From Antedon mediterranea (Eukaryota; Animalia; Echinodermata), in contig NC_092676.1 in the NCBI RefSeq assembly GCF_964355755.1, forward strand, positions 26,120,871 to 26,184,870: a stretch of DNA of 64,000 bases, written 5' to 3'. The stretch's first letter is position 1, and every line of letters begins with the position of its first letter. Below, one piece after another: positions 62,001 to 64,000 of this stretch. A program made the position numbers and the translations under genes. Below the pieces are notes generated by a model. It had not been told where the DNA came from and ran no database searches. It saw nothing but the letters and a program-made list of their open reading frames with translations.

Positions 62001-63720
62001 AAAGGTTGCCATTATTTATTTATTTAACTTTTATTTTTTAATGTTTAGGACTAAACTTGATTAACTTTGACTATTTTTTAGCCCAGTCCATGATATATTA
62101 ATTATTATATGGATGTTTACAATATATATAATTTATTTTTGGGTAAATAAATAAAAGAAAGAAATATCAAGGTTTAGAAGTATATAGAGTTAGACTTTTT
62201 GCTTGAAAGAATTACTTACTGCGCCACATGCGGCAAGCCTGCAGCATCCCAGCCAACGTAATCATAAAATGGTGTAACTTGTTTTCCCATATATTTCTAA
62301 AAAATGTCCAGAAAATGTAATGCATTTTAATTTCTAAGATATTATAAAAGGAATAGAAGCTAAAAGGATATTTTATATTTGGGTATTCTGCCTACACTGT
62401 ACCCAAACATGGTAGTAATATGCCCAAATATGGTAGTAATATGACATCATCATGTCCATATATGGGCACATCACATAAAGTTTTGATAGTGTAGACAGAG
62501 CATGTAAAAAGTTAAATGAAAGAATAATTGTTGAGGGAGCCCTAACAAACATTTAAGCTCTGTCTACACTATCAAACTTTGTATGACATACATACCATAT
62601 TTGGGCACATCACACTTTTTTTTGTCAAACTAGTTTGATAGGGTAGACAGAACTTTTTTATGACAGAAATGATGGTATTCCAAATGCATTTTTATTGCTA
62701 AAAAGAAGTTGGGACCTTTAGGACCTCAAGAAAATGTTGGTTTAGAGAGTCCACTGTATAAATATATATAAATAACATTTGTTAGTCTTATTGCAATTTG
62801 TTTAATTGAAAACAAGAATAAAAAATCACCTTAAAATCACCGTAAGCTTTAGAGCGACAGAGCATCAAGTCTATGTATCCCATGACATCACTAACAGTTG
62901 TCCAAGGTATGTAGTCCATCTCGTTAGTTAGGTACTTAGTAAGATCTAAGGCTGTCACCTGACTCACTTCACCTGCTCTTGCTAGGTTAAAGGCATCGTT
63001 TATGATGGCAGATCTTGTACTCTGGGGTAACACCTTTCAAGATAAAAATATGAAAGTAGTTATCAAGAAAAAGTGCAATTCATAGAGTGATGGCGTAAGG
63101 GGACAAACTATTATATGAATGGTATGGGTTCGAACCTCTTTGGAGTAAAACCTTTCAAAATAAAAATGTGACAGTAGTTATGAAGTAAAGCTCTGTCTAC
63201 ACTATCAAACTTTAGGCGACAAAAAAATGTGATGTGCCCATATATGGACATGATGATGTCATATCACTACCATATTTGGGCATATCACACTTTATGTTAG
63301 TTACCAGTATGATAGTGTAGAGAGAGTGATATGATGAAAGGTATGGGGTCGAGTCTCTGATTAGCCATATTGATTTCATTGTTGAGGAAGATGCATTCAT
63401 TTTATTGCCTCGTTCTTCAGATGGGATGTAAAGCCTTGATCCAGTGTACATACAGTGTATAATGTTAAATATATATGGTAAGTTAGCGCTGCACTGTGTA
63501 GCTGCCATGGGTGCATAGAAGGCCTTTTATCCACTTAAATATTAGGACGTATGTAAACTTCTTATACCTGGTAGGTCTGTACTTACTGTATGATTGGTAG
63601 TTAGCTGGTTGCTTAACATCTCCCAGTTCTTGGTATCATAGTTAACACGGTAATAGTTATGATGGTTAATATTTACAAGAATCCATTCATCAAGGTCTAT
63701 GCCTGGTATTGTTGCCATTT
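59069..63720 (-). CDS. ANPEP: Aminopeptidase N-like M1 metallopeptidase, 3' part. Exons 63720-63587, 63033-62830, 62296-62220, 61960-61850, 61334-61167, 60796-60656, 59642-59561, 59209-59069; 5' exons beyond right edge
   Basis: WILVNINHHNYYRVNYDTKNW, RSAIINDAFNLARAG...ALDLTKYLTNEMDYIPW, LACGYGNEEC, VYCTAIAAGDQEEWYFAW, ALACSQEPWILN, IGSSLAWDFFQANW, TKANIRWM are typical of the APN/ERAP1-C region. Splice sites are in frame. Exact paralogue uncertain. Confidence 0.85.
60013..60523 (+). mobile_element. TIR MITE (PIF/Harbinger or ISL2EU-like)
   Basis: ~40 bp TIR tagggaggtttcgcaaccttacgaatacgataacg.aaacgg / ccgtttccgttatcgtattcgtaagattgcgaaacctctcta; taa/tta flanks. Confidence 0.85.
61699..61823. 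mobile_element. MITE family A copy
   Basis: Both TIRs. Confidence 0.85.
62387..62501. mobile_element. MITE family A copy
   Basis: Interior and right TIR. Confidence 0.8.
62556..62654. mobile_element. MITE family A copy (short)
   Basis: Both TIRs. Confidence 0.82.
63189..63326. mobile_element. MITE family A copy
   Basis: Left TIR and interior near consensus. Confidence 0.82.
63321..63548 (+). mobile_element. Degenerate SINE related to the tRNA/body part of the 1419-1758 element
   Basis: gcgctgcactg..gctgcc.tgggt....ga.ggcct...atcc..aggac shared with the reverse complement of 1452-1514. tRNA-like head fragment also at 63083-63136. Confidence 0.55.
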
Positions 63721-63961
63721 CTAAAAAATTTGTAAACATTTCTTAATACAGTATACAATAAGGAAGTGTGTAACTGCTAATCTAGTGGTTGATATAAATT
63801 GTTCTATAAAAATAAACTAGAATCAAGAGATATTTCAATGGTATTATTGGGGAGCTGTTGCACCACTCAGCAAACTAGTACTCAATATAACTTTATGTTA
63901 AGATCAAATGTAATTGAAAAAATACAGTTGAAATGGTGATTTAACAATAATACATTTGTAA

Positions 63962-64000
63962 AGCTCTGTATACTATCAAACGTTATGTGACAAAAAATGT
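63962..64000. mobile_element. MITE family A copy cut by the window edge
   Basis: taa|agctctgtatactatcaaacgttatgtgacaaaaaatgt. Confidence 0.75.

Overview
AT-rich, intron-rich animal genomic DNA. The katanin sequence looks echinoderm-like, which is an inference. Four protein-coding genes lie head-to-tail on the minus strand: (1) the 5' end (exons 1-2, bHLH) of an aryl hydrocarbon receptor gene whose intron 2 runs off the left edge; (2) a complete katanin p60 (KATNA1-like) gene; (3) a complete REPS1/2-like EH-domain endocytic adaptor gene (about 21 exons); (4) the 3' part of an aminopeptidase N-like M1 peptidase. Introns are rich in non-autonomous DNA transposons (one Harbinger-like MITE has about 21 copies), SINEs and tandem repeats. 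The standout is in katanin: the 159-nt exon encoding Walker A and pore loop 1 is present as two intact tandem copies only 59 nt apart. They differ at many synonymous sites but at only 5 residues, including the substrate-gripping pore loop (KWRG vs KYHG). Candidate RBFOX motifs and a donor-sequestering hairpin lie next to them, so this looks like a mutually exclusive splicing switch of katanin's tubulin-tail reader. Also notable: a 5S+tRNA chimeric SINE, a ~2 kb foldback element with TGT..ACA ends and a 5-bp TSD, and a microexon plus an alternative acceptor in REPS. All exon boundaries were read by hand; no searches were run.
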